Source: Thelocarpon superellum
Taxonomy: Eukaryota
Direction of reading: 5' to 3'
Length of the DNA: 64,000 nt
Assembly (NCBI GenBank): GCA_026025795.1
Contig: JAPEUG010000036.1
Location: 1-64,000, forward strand
Positions 34,774 to 47,373 of this stretch are shown one piece after another. The notes under the pieces were generated by a model. The model was not told the origin of the DNA. It was given only the letters and a program-made list of their open reading frames with translations, and ran no database searches. The position numbers and the translations under genes were made by a program. Position 1 is the stretch's first letter. Every line of letters begins with the position of its first letter.

Positions 34774-35166
34774 CATCCAACGGCAGATTGCTTCTCAACT
34801 TCGTGTAAACATAACCAGAGCGAGAAATGTCAAGCGAACTATGAGGTGTGGAGATGACCGTGGAAGTATCCGTCGTGCCTGGTCTGCCAGGCGACGGGGA
34901 GGACGTATCAAAGAGGCCTGGTGTCAAGTTCGCCAACGAGAACAACCTGACGGGGAGCCCCACGTACGTCTGGAGTTGGAGACAATCCACACGTCCTGTC
35001 ATGAGCTTCAACAACTGAATCTATCCACCTTTCTTGAGGTGGCTAGTTCGCTACCGGGCTCTACAACCCTCATTCGACCCAAGATTGAACCTGCTCTTCT
35101 CACAATGACCAGAACCACGCACGAGCAAGCCCCAGCGCGCGTCTAATCCAGCGTATTGCAACGACG

Positions 35167-37719
35167 ATGGCGATCAATACCAACGGAACGAACGGAACGA
35201 ACGGTACGACCGGTAAGAACGGTACGAATGGCGTTACAGATCACTCCAGTAGTGAGCTTTCACAACCTCCCCTGCGGACATGGAATGCACGAGATCCGCC
35301 ATTCGAAGGCTATCTCTCGCCTCAACCCGATGGGTGGCAGCGGTCCAGGCGCGAGGGGCCGGACAGCTCCGCGATCGTCATCGACAATGGTATGTGAGCG
35401 AGGTAGTGAATATCCTGGCGTGGATCATGACCTCTGACTAGATCTTGTCGCCAGGCTCGTCCTCCATCCGGGCGGGGTGGTCCTTTGACCCATCGCCGCG
35501 ATTCTCGCTGCCACCCATCATGGCGCGCTTCCGCGACCGTAAGCTAGGCAGGACCTTCACCTTTGTAGGCTCGGAGTCCTACGCCGATGCCACCACCCGG
35601 GGTCAGATCCGCAACGCGTTCGAGGCCGGCAGCGGCATCGTCAGCAATTGGGATGTCATGGAATCCATCTTGGATTACGTCCTCTTAAAGATGGGCGTCG
35701 ATGCGGCCGAGGGTGGCATGGACCGACCCGTTGTCATGACGGAGCCCGTGGCCAACCTGGGCTACTCCAGGAAAAGTGAGCGGCTACATCGCTTTCTACA
35801 TGGTCGCAGTACTGACCCGCGGGGCTGACAGCGATGACCGAAATCGTCTTTGAGTGCTACTCCGCCCCGTCGCTGGCGTACGGCATCGATTCCCTCTTTT
35901 CCTACCAACACAACCGGGGGACGACCGGGCTCGTCGTCTCATCCTCACATAGCTCGACCCACGTCATCCCCGTCATCCAATCCAAGGCCAGGTTGAGCCA
36001 AGCCAGTCGATTGAATTGGGGCGGCTCGCAGGGCGCCGAGTATCTGCTCAAGCTCTTACAGCTCAAGTATCCGCATTTTCCGGGCAAGATGACCTCCTTC
36101 CAGACCGAGGAGATGGTGCGGGAGCACTGCTATATTTCGCGCGACTACGCCCATGAGTTGACGCACTTTCTGGACTGGACGGGGCTGGAGGAGCGCAATC
36201 ACGTCATCCAGTACCCCTTCACCGAGCAAGTGGTCGTGCAAAAGTCCGAGGAGGAGCTGGCCCGGATCGCGGAGAAGCGGAAGGAAGGTGGTCGGCGACT
36301 ACAGGAGCAGGCGGCCAAGATGCGGCTCGAGAAGCTCATCAAGAAGGAGCAGGAGCTCGAATACTACAAGGAGCTGCAGCAAAAGGCAACGACCGAGACT
36401 AAGAAGGAGTTTCGGCGACTGCTCGAGTCCAACGACTTTGAGACCGAGGGGCAGCTGGAGAAGATCATCCGGGACCTGGACAAATCCATCAAGAAGGCCC
36501 GGACCAAGGATGTGGGCGGGCCGGAGAATGACGAGGAGGAAGAGGAGCAGACCTTCCCGCTACTAGATATTCCAGACGCCGAGCTCGACGAGGCCGGACT
36601 CAAGCAGAAACGGCACCAACGCCTGATGAAGTCCAACGTCGATGCCCGAGCCCGAGCCAAAGCAGAGAAGGAGAAGGAGAAGGCCCGGGTGGCAGAAGAA
36701 CAGCGCCTGGATCAAGAACGACGGGAGAATGATCTAGAGGGGTGGGTGCGGGATCGACGAGCGGCTCGAGAGGTAGATTCTGACCAGGCCCGTTGATTGC
36801 CCGCAGAACGTCTGCTGATCGCTGCATAGGTACTACTTCAAAAGATGAAGGAGCGGCAGCGATTGAAGGCCGACCTCGGCAACCGCAAGTCGCTGGCGAG
36901 CCAGATGCGGATGAAGAGCATCGCGAACCTGGCCTCGGACAATCCCAACTCGAAGAAGCGACGAAGAGGCGGCGACGAGGACACCTTTGGGGCCAACGAC
37001 GACGATTGGGGCGTGTACCGGACCATCGCGACGGGTGAGCAGAGCGATGAGGACGAAGAAGACGATATCCAGGGCCACTTGAAGACGGTGGAGGCACAGC
37101 TGCTCGAACACGACGCGGATTTCACGGTGCAAAACACCATGGAGGCGCAATCGGACTGGACCAAGAGTCTCGTCCACGCCTTCCTCCGTGGCCCTCGCCC
37201 TTTTGACCCGGAAAGCCAGCGGGACATCCACCAGATCCACCTGAACGTGGAGCGCATCCGCGTCCCTGAGGTGGTGTTCCAGCCCGGCATCGCGGGCGTC
37301 GACCAAGCAGGATTAGTCGAGATCGCCTCGGACATTCTCACCCAACGGCTCGGCCACGGCTCACCACAGGCGAATGACGCACTCAAGGATGTCTTCCTGA
37401 CGGGGGGTAATACGCTGTTCCGGAACTTCGACGACCGGCTCCGCGACGAACTCCGCGCCGTGCTGCCGGCCGATTGTGCACTGACGGTACGACGCGCCAA
37501 GGATCCCGTGCTGGATGCGTGGAAGGGCGCAGCGAAATGGAGTGGCACCGCGGCGTGGAAAGCGGCGGCGGTGTCGAGAGAAGAGTACCTGGAGAAGGGG
37601 GCGGAATATCTGAAGGTGAGTTGAGCACTTCTGACCTTATCGGTCGTCGAGCGAATGGACCTCGTCTCTGATTCGAATGACATCAGGAACATGACCGCGG
37701 GAACGCCTACACGGCGTGA
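35167..37719 (+). CDS. ARP5: Nuclear actin-related protein Arp5 (INO80 complex), 5 exons
   Basis: AIVIDNG|SSSIRAGW, VSNWDVMESILDY, charged insertion RLQEQAAKMRLEKL, HLNVERIRVPEVVFQP, last exon EHDRGNAYTA*. Confidence 0.95.
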
Positions 37720-38493
37720 TGTTACCTCTGCCGGGCAGTCTTTGAGTTCGATATATGGTAGAGCAGAAAATGAATCAGACCGAGAAAATCACTCCGCTCC
37801 ACGACGTCCCTCACGGAACGCTTCGGATCGTGTTGATGTACTGTACGTCCAACTCTCAAGACTCGAGTAGGGCGTGGTCGTTCGAGCACTTTCATCCAAC
37901 CAATCGATCACTCGGCAAGGTGACGAGAGATAACAACACGTTGGAAGACTAACAGACTGATGTGCCAGACACACAGGAAGTACCCATGCTCTAGACTGAT
38001 CGACAGACACGCATAGATGGACGTCTTCCCTTCCTTTCCTTCGCTCCTTTCGCCAACGCCTGAGCAATTACTGCCTGAAGTCAAGAAAGCGAGAGCGAGC
38101 GAGAGAGGAGAGTTGAGGTCGGAAGTGAATCGAAAAGTTGGAGAGCTTGGTTAAGAGGAAGACGGACGGACGGATACGCAGACAGTTTAGAGGCATGAAG
38201 AAAGACAACGGGGGAAAATAGCCTCCAATCCGGTTCCATCCCGTCCTGTTCCTATCCCCGTTTCGATCGGATTTCCATCTCCCCTCTCTCGCTCAGTCTC
38301 CTGGCTTTGCGCTGTTCTCTTCTATCAATCAATCTCCCTTCCCGTGTTCCTCCTCGCTCTCGCGTCTGGGGTGTAGGGTAATCCTTCATGGACCGCCGCC
38401 TATTCATTCGCTCGCGTCCCGTCAGATTCACATGTCCGTCCAGCACATCTCCTTCTCCCCCCTCCCACTCCTTCGTTTCCCCCCCCTACCCAT

Positions 38494-39599
38494 CTACACT
38501 TGACCGTTGGCCTCCAGCTTGCTCAGCGCGGGATCGGTTCTCGTCGAATCAGGCTCTGACTCGCGCAGTCTCTTAGACGGGTATCCCTTACCGGCAAGAA
38601 AGGCGGCCTCCTCGTGGTGATGCTTGCTGGCGGCGCCTAGCTCGGCCACGACCTGCGCCTGCGCCGCCGACGCCTGCAGGTGGTTGGCCGCCACCGACGG
38701 CGTCATCTGGGCCGTGGGCGCGGCCCCGGGATGCGGCGGCGCCTCTTGCGGCGGGTGGGTCAGGTCGATGTTCGACGGCGGCTGCGGGAACTCGCCCTGT
38801 GATTCGATCAGGCGCGACTGCAGGTTGATGATGTAGTCGCGCAGCTGGTAGTTCTCCGCTTGGATCGCCTTGTAGTTCTCCTCCAGGGCGTGCAGGTCCT
38901 TGACCTTCTCTTCAAGCTTCTTAATGTACGTCTCCTTGCGTTGACGGAAGGCCCGCTGTGCATCCATTTACGTAAGCCGGCGATCGTAGCCCCCTCGAGA
39001 GATGACAACGTCGTGACAAAGCAGGATGGGGATTATGAACTTGAACGACTTTTGCCGTTGCTCGCCTCGCCCTTCGTCTCGCACCACACGACATCACGGA
39101 CAACATAGAATACACCCGACGTACCTGTGCTGCTCGGTTCTGGGCCGCGCGCTTCGACGTCGACAGCTCCCGCTTGTTGCCCTTCTTGCCCGAGGCGTCG
39201 AGACCGTCCTCGCCCCCGCTCTCGTTGCTCGGACTGCCCTCCATTACGGCTCCGGCAATGGCCGGATCGATGTTCTGGTCGTTGGGACTTGTGGGTGTCG
39301 CCTGCAGCGAGTCCAGGTTGCGCGACGCCGGCGTCTGTGGCGTCACTGAGGCTGCCAGGAGATGCTCTCTTAAACCTGCAATGTCCACGGTCGCGTCAGC
39401 ACACCACATCCGACCGTGGATTTCCTCTGCGACCACTTGGGCCCGGACGTACTCTGTTCAGCGGCATTATCCTGTTGCGGGTCAACACGCGACCCCGACG
39501 GCACGACCTTCAGTCACCGATCGAGCCGGATCGCTCGGTCGGAGACGCACTCACCTGCGGTGGCATAGGATGCGGCGCGGGAGCCAGCGCCGGCTGCAT
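38494..39599 (-). CDS. kapC: bZIP transcription factor KapC-like (4 exons)
   Basis: MQPALAPAPHP start; basic region KRELSTSKRAAQNRAAQ|RAFRQRKE; zipper followed by ENYQLRDYIINLQSRL. Confidence 0.88.
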
Positions 39600-41457
39600 C
39601 GTGAACGACTCTCGGAGGCTCCGCTGTCGAGCTGTCTTGTGGAGGTGGACGGCGCCGGAGGGTGGAGGAAGAGTGGTGACGCTTTAGTAAGCAGATCTGA
39701 CCAGACGGATGGTGTGTCAACGCCGATACAGGCACGGAATACTCGTACGCGCGCTCTGCGTGTAGAGAGCTTCTTTGATGACGTGGATTGGCCGCAATTA
39801 TTTCGCTCGTCGCCCGTCGCGCTTTGGACAGGTCAGGGCCCCGACGATAGCACGACGTGCCACAGCTTCTCCCGGACCAGGGATTCCTCACGGACGAGCG
39901 TGGGCGGGCTAGACGCGAGGAATCGTGGAGAGGAATGCGACTGGGGGGCCTTGGTGGCTATTGTACAACCGTAGGAGGGCGGCGTTGTATGTAATCAAGA
40001 TGCTGACAGAGCCGCCGGAGGATGAGAGGATGGACGAGCGAGTGGCACTGGTGCGCTGGGGCAGTCGCGCGCTGGTGTGGGTGGGTGGTGTGCCGGCTCG
40101 ACGCGCGCTCCGACTGGCTGAGCTACGGAGGTGCAGTCGGTCGGGTGGGCGGAATCGTCTTACTTAAGACTCGGCTACTGTGGCGCATCCAGCCGCCAGG
40201 TGCAAGGTGGATCGCGATCGGGTCCGTTTCTTCCGCCATTGCTGACTACTGCCAGCACTACTCGCCCTTAGTCGCCTCGCGTCGAGGGCGATGATGTAAG
40301 GAGGGTGTCAGCAGATAGGAAGGATCTTCGCCGGAAAATGTTAGGTAACATTAGTCATAATTTTCGAAGGCCGAGAGCCGAATCTTGGCTTGGACCGGCC
40401 GACAACGGCCCCACTTGCTGGTCGGCGCTGGAGAGCTCTCTTGATGAGTGGAACGACTTCATTCTCGCGCCAGGGCATGGGCATCTACTCGTACCATATG
40501 TGCCGACCTGGGGTTCTGGCGTCCTGCGTGGATGGAGGAGGACGAGAACTTGGACGAGGACGAATCCCCGTAGGTCCTCAGACGCAGCCTCGGCAGCGGA
40601 CGAACGCCTTCCTGTCGTGGACGCACCCTGCTACGTATGCACGCCGTCTCTCCTTCAGACAAGGCTGTCGCCAGGCTTGGTACCCCTCACAACCTCACAA
40701 CCTCTCCTGGCTCGAGCTTCCGCCGCATCCTTGATAGAGGCCTATGCACGACAGTTTGCTCTCTCTGCAAGGCGATGACTCATCTAGCTGAAGGCCTGAC
40801 TGCGCGCATATGCTCATATGGTGACGCAGAGTCAGAAAAGGGCACGTGATTACCCTGGACTTCTGCCTGGATACCGAATTAACCCACTGTTTCGTACGCA
40901 GTCCCACGCTCAACTTTCACCACCCGCCTCGGGAAGGCATCTCTCCCGTGGGAAGTACATGACGAAATGACCGAAACAGCGCACAATGGCGAAGAAAATC
41001 AAAACGTCAAAGTCACTCGTTCTACCAAGTACCAGGCCTTCGGGAGGTCAAGTGTTCTGACCACGCGGGGGGCAGGTCAGAGGTCAGAGCTTAGGACCGT
41101 GGTAGCGCCCTGCGGAACGCCCGCCCAAACTTCCCGCCTATCACATGGCTCACACGTCTCCCCAGCCGACCACTTTCTCCCGTAGACTCTTTGGACCTGT
41201 ACAACTCAGATCTCATGCATGGGGCGCCGAATCAACGGCCATCGTGCGCACAGGGCAGGTTGATCGCCCGCACGGATGATGCCTGAGATCCCATAGCGCC
41301 GCTGTCGACCTCGCTGAGGCTGCCGTTTGCCAGCACAGCTCACCTTGCCACCCAACAAGGCTGCAGTTGGAGCAGGCTCAAGCAGCTGCCACAGCTCTTC
41401 TGCCTTCGTCTCCCTCTCGCATGCTCCCTCCAACTTCGCCAACGACGACCGGCGACC

Positions 41458-43706
41458 ATGGCCTACATCAGTGAAGGCCCCGTCTCCGTCGTCACCGTCA
41501 AGTCGCGGAGCAAGCACCGGAGCGTGTCCGCCCAAGAGCCTCCCTCCACCGATCGACCGCGACGCCGAAAGGTCAAGGCTGCCACCGACGAGCACGGGGG
41601 TGCACGGGCCTCGTCAGCCTCATCGCCCCGACACAGGCCTGAGGAGGTTGTTGCGGAGCGGTCACGGTCGAAACGGACATCAGGTCGGGTGCGCAGTGGG
41701 GGCGAGCGCCATCCGGCCCGGCCCTCCAGCGTCACCTCGGACCCCATCCGGCCGCACCGTCGGCTCTCGGCGCATCACGTCGGTGGCGATGAGGTAGAAG
41801 GGAAATCGAGCAGTAAATCCCTCCGACGATCTGCCACCACGAGAACACCCACACGGAGCCATACCGTGCGCCGGACGACTCCGCGACTGGCCCGCAGCGC
41901 ATCCATGCGTGACGTGACGACCACCTCCGCTCCCGCTCGCGCACCTTTGCGCCGGAGTAGCACGAGCAACACACGGCAGGCGTTGGCGGTTCGGTCGTCA
42001 GCCTCCGTCAGTCGGTCCAAATCTACCATTCGAGAGAGGAGCGAGGTGGCGAGCGAAGCCAACCGAGAGCGCCGGCGCTCGGGTGGGCTGTTAACGTCTC
42101 TCTTTGGGAATCCTCCACCGCCGTTGCCACGGTTGCCAGAGAAGAAGTGAGTAGCCAGGTGCACGATGATGCGCTAGGCTGATGTTGACAACTTTAGGGT
42201 CGAGTGCTTGACATGTCTCTCCGACGACATCCCAATCTCCAAATCCGCCAAATTAGGCTGTGGTCATATCATGTGTCATGACTGTCTCCAACGGATCTTC
42301 AATCTGTCAGTGACGGACCCACAGCATATGCCTCCGAAGTGCTGCACGCAAGATCATATTCCGTTGAAGCATGTGGAACGACTGTTCGATCTCAAATTCA
42401 AAGTGCTGTGGAATCGGAAATATCAAGAGTTCACGACGAAGAATCGACTGTATTGCCCGACCAAGGGCTGTGGCGAATGGATCAAACCCGGAAGCATTCA
42501 CTCGGAGCGAACATTGGGGAAGAGCCGGAAATATGGCAAATGTAGCCGATGCCGGACGAAAGTGTGTTGTATCTGCAATGGCAAATGGCACGCCGGACGG
42601 GACTGTCCGAAGGATGAGGAAACCCACCGATTCATTGAGACGGCCAAAAAGGAGGGATGGCAACGATGCCACAACTGTTCCGCGATGGTGGAGCTCAAGG
42701 AGGGCTGCAATCATATGACTTGGTAGGGTTCTCTGCAGTCCCACTCGTCCAGCGCACACTGACCCTCTGCAGCCGCTGCACCGCCGAGTTCTGCATGATC
42801 TGCGGCGCGAAGTGGAAAACGTGCAATTGCCCGTGGTTCAACTATGAGCAGATCCAGACAGACCGCTTGAACCACTTCAACATCGCCATGCCCATCCGCG
42901 TCATGCGACAACGGCCGCGCGGGGCACGCGCTGACCAACCCGGTGGATACGAAGAGGAGCTGCGCCAGCGCCGGCAGCAAGAAGCGCGCGATGAGGCATT
43001 CGCGCGACGCATCCAAGTCCTCGATCTCAATCTTGACGGCGACGCAGATGCCAATAACCTCCATCGCGCGGCCCACATCATCGGCCTCGGCAACGCCGGC
43101 GGTCATCACATGAACGACGACTACGTCCGCGCAGCCGCCACCCTTCTCGGCGGCGCATACGACCAGGCCGCCGCGGCAGCCAACGCGGCCTTTGGGCTCG
43201 GCGCAGCCCGAAACAACAACCACCACCGCGATGATAACAATAACGGCGGACGACGATCACCGACCGAGCAACTACAGGACCCCTTTGCCGCGCCTGCCGC
43301 CGCCGCCGCTCATGTGCCGCTGCGACATCACAGCACCGCCTCCCGCCGGTACAACGCACAAGCCAGCACGCGCGCCTCGGAACGGGTGGTGCCGCGCAGG
43401 AGCCACACGGACTACGCGCGCGAATACGCTCACCATGTGCCGCTTGCGCGTCTCGGTCTCGAGCGGAGCGCTACCACGGGTTCTCGGAGGCGCGAGAGAG
43501 GTAGAGATGGGGATCGAGGAGCGGGAAATGAAGAGGACGGGGGGAATGGAGGCGGAGGGAACGGAAACGGGAACGAAGCGGAGGCACCCCCTGAACGACG
43601 ACGCCGCTCGCTCCTCGCGGGCCTCACGAGACATCGACACGGCGAAGGCGGCCGCGTCGGCGCTTGGTTGCAGCATGTCGAGGAGGGTGCGCCCGTTCCT
43701 GGGTGA
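41458..43706 (+). CDS. RBR (RING-IBR-RING) E3 ubiquitin ligase (3 exons)
   Basis: CLTC..CGHIMCHDC..MPPKCC, NRLYCPTKGC, WQRCHNCSAMVELKEGCNHMT|CRCTAEFCMICGAKWKTCNC; disordered N- and C-termini. Confidence 0.9.
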
Positions 43707-43774
43707 CGGCGACTGCCTTGACTGATGTAGATGGCTGTACATATATCCACTCACCTACCTTCCTTAGGAGATGT

Positions 43775-43855
43775 TGTGGATCGTGTGGATCGTGTGGATC
43801 GTGTGGATCGTGGGGACAGTGTGGATAGAGTCGATAGTGTGGATAGAGTGGATAG
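43775..43855 (+). repeat. 9-bp minisatellite, 9 copies (TGTGGATCG grading to W-GTGGATAG)
   Basis: Four perfect TGTGGATCG units then five variant units, between two convergent stop codons. Confidence 0.92.
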
Positions 43856-43986
43856 GAGTAGTAATGCAGTATGCATGCTGGACACCCACCTAAAACCGGT
43901 GCGAGTCCGGGAGCTAGAAGTAGAGCCAGAGCTAAAGCGACGGAATGCTGATCAATGCATCTTCCCCCCTCCTCGATCCCTTTTCT

Positions 43987-46900
43987 CTACTGTCCCGTGT
44001 CTTTTTTTTCTTTCCCTCGTCTGATGCCGTCCTGCTGCGATGCGCTAGTGGTGGCCGGAGAAGCAGTGACGAAGTCCGCGACCTGGGGAGTCGTCAACTT
44101 CTTTGATTCCCCAGCCTTTTCCGCCATCTCCTTCTCCCTCTCCCTCTCCTTCTCCTTCGCGTGAGAGGAAGAGGCAAGCCATAGTGTCGTTGAACCCCGT
44201 CTTGAACTCCCTCCTGTTGACTCATCGTCACCGTCATCATCATCACGGTCGTCATCCCCACCCTCGTCGTCCGTGTCGTCATCCGTCACGTCAAAGGCGG
44301 CGTCGCTCCACTGAGCCGAATCCTGTCTCGCTGGCATGTGGCGCGCCGAGTGTGTCCCGCCGATATCAAGACCGCTACCTTTCCGAGGCGGCGGGCCCAT
44401 CTCCCCCACCTCGTCGTCGAGCTCGCGCAGCTCGCTCTGGCTGCGCCCGTGGTGGGGAGGAGGGCGCACTTCGTTCCCGTGCTTGGTCACGCCCTTTTCC
44501 ATGCCTTTGGCCCGCTCCACCCCCGGCTCGTCGTCGTCCCGCGTCTTGGCCGTGTACGTGTCGGCAAAGTGTGTGTCCACTAAGTGCTTCACCACCGGCC
44601 AGCCGTACGCGTTGGCGAACATTCGCCGCACAATCATGTTGTTGTGCGCGTCCGGCTCGAGCCGGACCAGGACCTTGCGCCACGATAGATCCCGGTGGTA
44701 GGCTCGTGCGATCTTCTCTTCCACCTTCATCCCACCCACTTCCGCTGACGTCTGGGAAGACCCGGACGGCGATACGTCCCGATCGGAGATGGAGCCGCTC
44801 CGTCCCAGTCCCGTGCGACGTTGCTTGATCGGGGCCGGTGGGATATCTTCTGGGTGGTAGACGCGGTCGTGGAAGATGGAGCGCGGTCTACTGGTCGGGT
44901 CGATGAGGAATTCGGTGGGCGGAAGGGGCGGGTTGAGGATGTCGCCGGCCGACTCGAAGATGGTCGTCTTGGGCGGCGCGTGCGGATTGATGGCCTCGTC
45001 CACGGAGCCATCGTCTCCTGGAATCGATGGGCGCTTGCCACCGATCGGCAGTCGCTCGGGGCTGCGGCTGACGGATGAGGGCGATCGTGCTGCCGGACTC
45101 GGATCCTCGCTCGCGCTACTCGTCGTCTGGCCGCGTGAGAATTGCTTCGAAGGCTTGACCGAATCCTGATGGCCCTGGCCGTGGCTGGGGCGGAGAAAAT
45201 GGAAGAGGGTGCTGAGCGCGTGAGGCAGCTCATAGGATGCTGTGTCCTTGCCATAGCGGACATCTTCATCTGATAACACGTCGCTGCGTCGCCTCGGCCG
45301 TTCATCCGACCCCGCCCGAACGATGCTCACAGCGTCGTCATCGGTAGCGCCAGCAGGTGGCTGAGGCACCTCCGTGTCCCGGTGAGAGCCTCGTCGATGC
45401 TCCGTCGCATCCCCGGTCACGTCCTCCTCGACCGGGCGATCAAGGAGGGGCGACTGTGCCCGACGCGGTGTCGTGTTGGCCCCGGTCAGCTCTGCCCAGC
45501 CCCATCCGGCCACCGTTCCAACAATCCCATTCTCGCGTCGTGCCTTTTCCACCCGTCCCAAGCCCGTCCAGTCCAAGAAGAGCAAGCAACTCGTCCGCAA
45601 CGGTACGATGCCGTCGTTGACCACGTTCGAATAGACGGTGCGGTTGCGGAACCCTTTCAGCGCCACATGTGCCGGCCCGGTGGGCAGGATGCGGAGGAGC
45701 GGTTTTGCAGGTGGCGTCTGGCTATTATCGTTCTTGCCGGTGGCCGACCCGAGCCCGCCGACAACCGCATCCCAGCCAACACGAGCCAGAGTTGGGGCTC
45801 TCCACGTCAGGCCGAGGTCCTTGCCAGTGCGACCCACTAAGCCCGAGTCTAGAGCAAACTTGACGTAGATGGGATTTTCATTGCTCAGCCCCAGGAAAGG
45901 CGTAGCCAAGGCGATGAAATTGATCGGGTGAATGTCATGGAAAAAGGATGGCGCGTGCTTCTGGATGTAGGCGACGGCATACGTTTGAATGAGGCCACCC
46001 AGCGAATGCCCGACGAAGCTGATGCTCGTGATGCGATAGGCCCGCCGCTCGACCGGCGTCTCGACCTTGTGAAGGCTAGAGTGGGCATGCACTGCCTCGC
46101 CGCTGGACTCCTGCCGGCTGCGTGCACCGGTCAGGGTGCGTTTCAGGGCGGTTCGGGTCGACTCCTTGACCTCCACCACCGGCTGCTGCGGGTAGGTCAG
46201 GGCCAGGACGTATCTCGCCAATCGCTTCCCGAGATACTTGATGCCCTTCTCGGTACGGACGGCGTTGTCGGTGAAGCCACGGACGATGACTTGTTCGTCT
46301 TCCACCTCGTGGTCATCGTGACCGCCATGGCCCACCTGGTCAGCAGTCATCGTGTCTCCTTGAGGAGTGGACGGGTTTGGATCAGCTGGCTGAGCCTGCT
46401 CCCTCGATCTGGCCCGCGTCAGTCTCGCATCCTCACGAGCCTGCTTAGCTCCTTCGTCGATGCTCTCCTTGAGGTAGAGCATGTCGGCACCAATATTGCT
46501 GTGCATTCCGTGCGTCAAGATGACCAGATGAACAGGCTTCTGAGCCTCCTCCTGTTTCCGCTGTGAATCCGTCACGCCTCGGTCCTCCCATCGTGGCAGC
46601 GGCGGCTCATTCCACAGGCTGGCCGTGTCGTCGACCACGAGCTTGATGGCCTTGGAGAAGATCCCTTTGGGCTGGGCAGGGTGGTGAGTATGCTTGGTCT
46701 CGTGACTCTGCTGGTGATCTTCCACCCGCCCACGTGTGGCACTGGCAACGTTGATGATGCCCGTCTCCAACGATCGCTCATCCCGGCCGACGAGGAGCTC
46801 AAAATGGACAGCGGCAGATGCGGAGAAGATGATCTGCGAGCTGATCTCCACGATCCACGTCGCACTCTTGATGGGTGCTCGTGGGCTGGTCGGCGACGTA

Positions 46901-47373
46901 GCCGCGCTTGAGGCCGCGGGGGTTCGTATGTCTTCCGGTACGGTCAGCACCGCGGTCCAGACGCCGCCGGCCTTGAGCTGCGGTTCGTATTGGGGGACGC
47001 CGTCCCGGTGCGGCCGTTCCACCTTCCGGTTGGGATGAAAGGTCGAGGGATATGCAGCGACGTGCAGGGTATACGGGCCGCGCAGGTAGGCCGCGCGGAG
47101 TGGAATGGCCGAGGTATTCTTGATCTTGACATGCAGCGTGGGCGGGGCGGGCAGGATCCGGTCCAACGACGGCGTGTAGGTGATGGTATAGCGGACAACT
47201 TCACCGACCTTGACACTGGCCGTCTGCTGCAGCAGCAACATCTTCTTGGTGTGCTGCTGGAGTGTCTTGCTCTCCTGCCAGCCCGTAGCGTGCCCCAGCA
47301 GTGCCCCACTACCCCCACCACTCCCTCCGTCCGGCGTCTGGGCTAGCAGATACGTGCGCGGACTGAGAAGCAT
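43987..47373 (-). CDS. DUF676 / Rog1-like putative lipase (serine hydrolase)
   Basis: VKVGEVVRYTITY, HLVILTHGMHSN, ISFVGHSLGG nucleophile motif, YSNVVNDGIVPLRTS, DAHNNMIVRR. The true start may be the internal MLLLQQ. Confidence 0.88.
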   Translation of the reverse strand: MLLSPRTYLLAQTPDGGSGGGSGALLGHATGWQESKTLQQHTKKMLLLQQTASVKVGEVVRYTITYTPSLDRILPAPPTLHVKIKNTSAIPLRAAYLRGPYTLHVAAYPSTFHPNRKVERPHRDGVPQYEPQLKAGGVWTAVLTVPEDIRTPAASSAATSPTSPRAPIKSATWIVEISSQIIFSASAAVHFELLVGRDERSLETGIINVASATRGRVEDHQQSHETKHTHHPAQPKGIFSKAIKLVVDDTASLWNEPPLPRWEDRGVTDSQRKQEEAQKPVHLVILTHGMHSNIGADMLYLKESIDEGAKQAREDARLTRARSREQAQPADPNPSTPQGDTMTADQVGHGGHDDHEVEDEQVIVRGFTDNAVRTEKGIKYLGKRLARYVLALTYPQQPVVEVKESTRTALKRTLTGARSRQESSGEAVHAHSSLHKVETPVERRAYRITSISFVGHSLGGLIQTYAVAYIQKHAPSFFHDIHPINFIALATPFLGLSNENPIYVKFALDSGLVGRTGKDLGLTWRAPTLARVGWDAVVGGLGSATGKNDNSQTPPAKPLLRILPTGPAHVALKGFRNRTVYSNVVNDGIVPLRTSCLLFLDWTGLGRVEKARRENGIVGTVAGWGWAELTGANTTPRRAQSPLLDRPVEEDVTGDATEHRRGSHRDTEVPQPPAGATDDDAVSIVRAGSDERPRRRSDVLSDEDVRYGKDTASYELPHALSTLFHFLRPSHGQGHQDSVKPSKQFSRGQTTSSASEDPSPAARSPSSVSRSPERLPIGGKRPSIPGDDGSVDEAINPHAPPKTTIFESAGDILNPPLPPTEFLIDPTSRPRSIFHDRVYHPEDIPPAPIKQRRTGLGRSGSISDRDVSPSGSSQTSAEVGGMKVEEKIARAYHRDLSWRKVLVRLEPDAHNNMIVRRMFANAYGWPVVKHLVDTHFADTYTAKTRDDDEPGVERAKGMEKGVTKHGNEVRPPPHHGRSQSELRELDDEVGEMGPPPRKGSGLDIGGTHSARHMPARQDSAQWSDAAFDVTDDDTDDEGGDDDRDDDDGDDESTGGSSRRGSTTLWLASSSHAKEKEREREKEMAEKAGESKKLTTPQVADFVTASPATTSASQQDGIRRGKEKKDTGQ

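Noticed and set aside
43731..44024. ORF with (VDR)n repeat or a CRISPR-like array
   Set aside because: It is the translation of a contiguous 9-bp minisatellite with no spacers, and the genome is eukaryotic.
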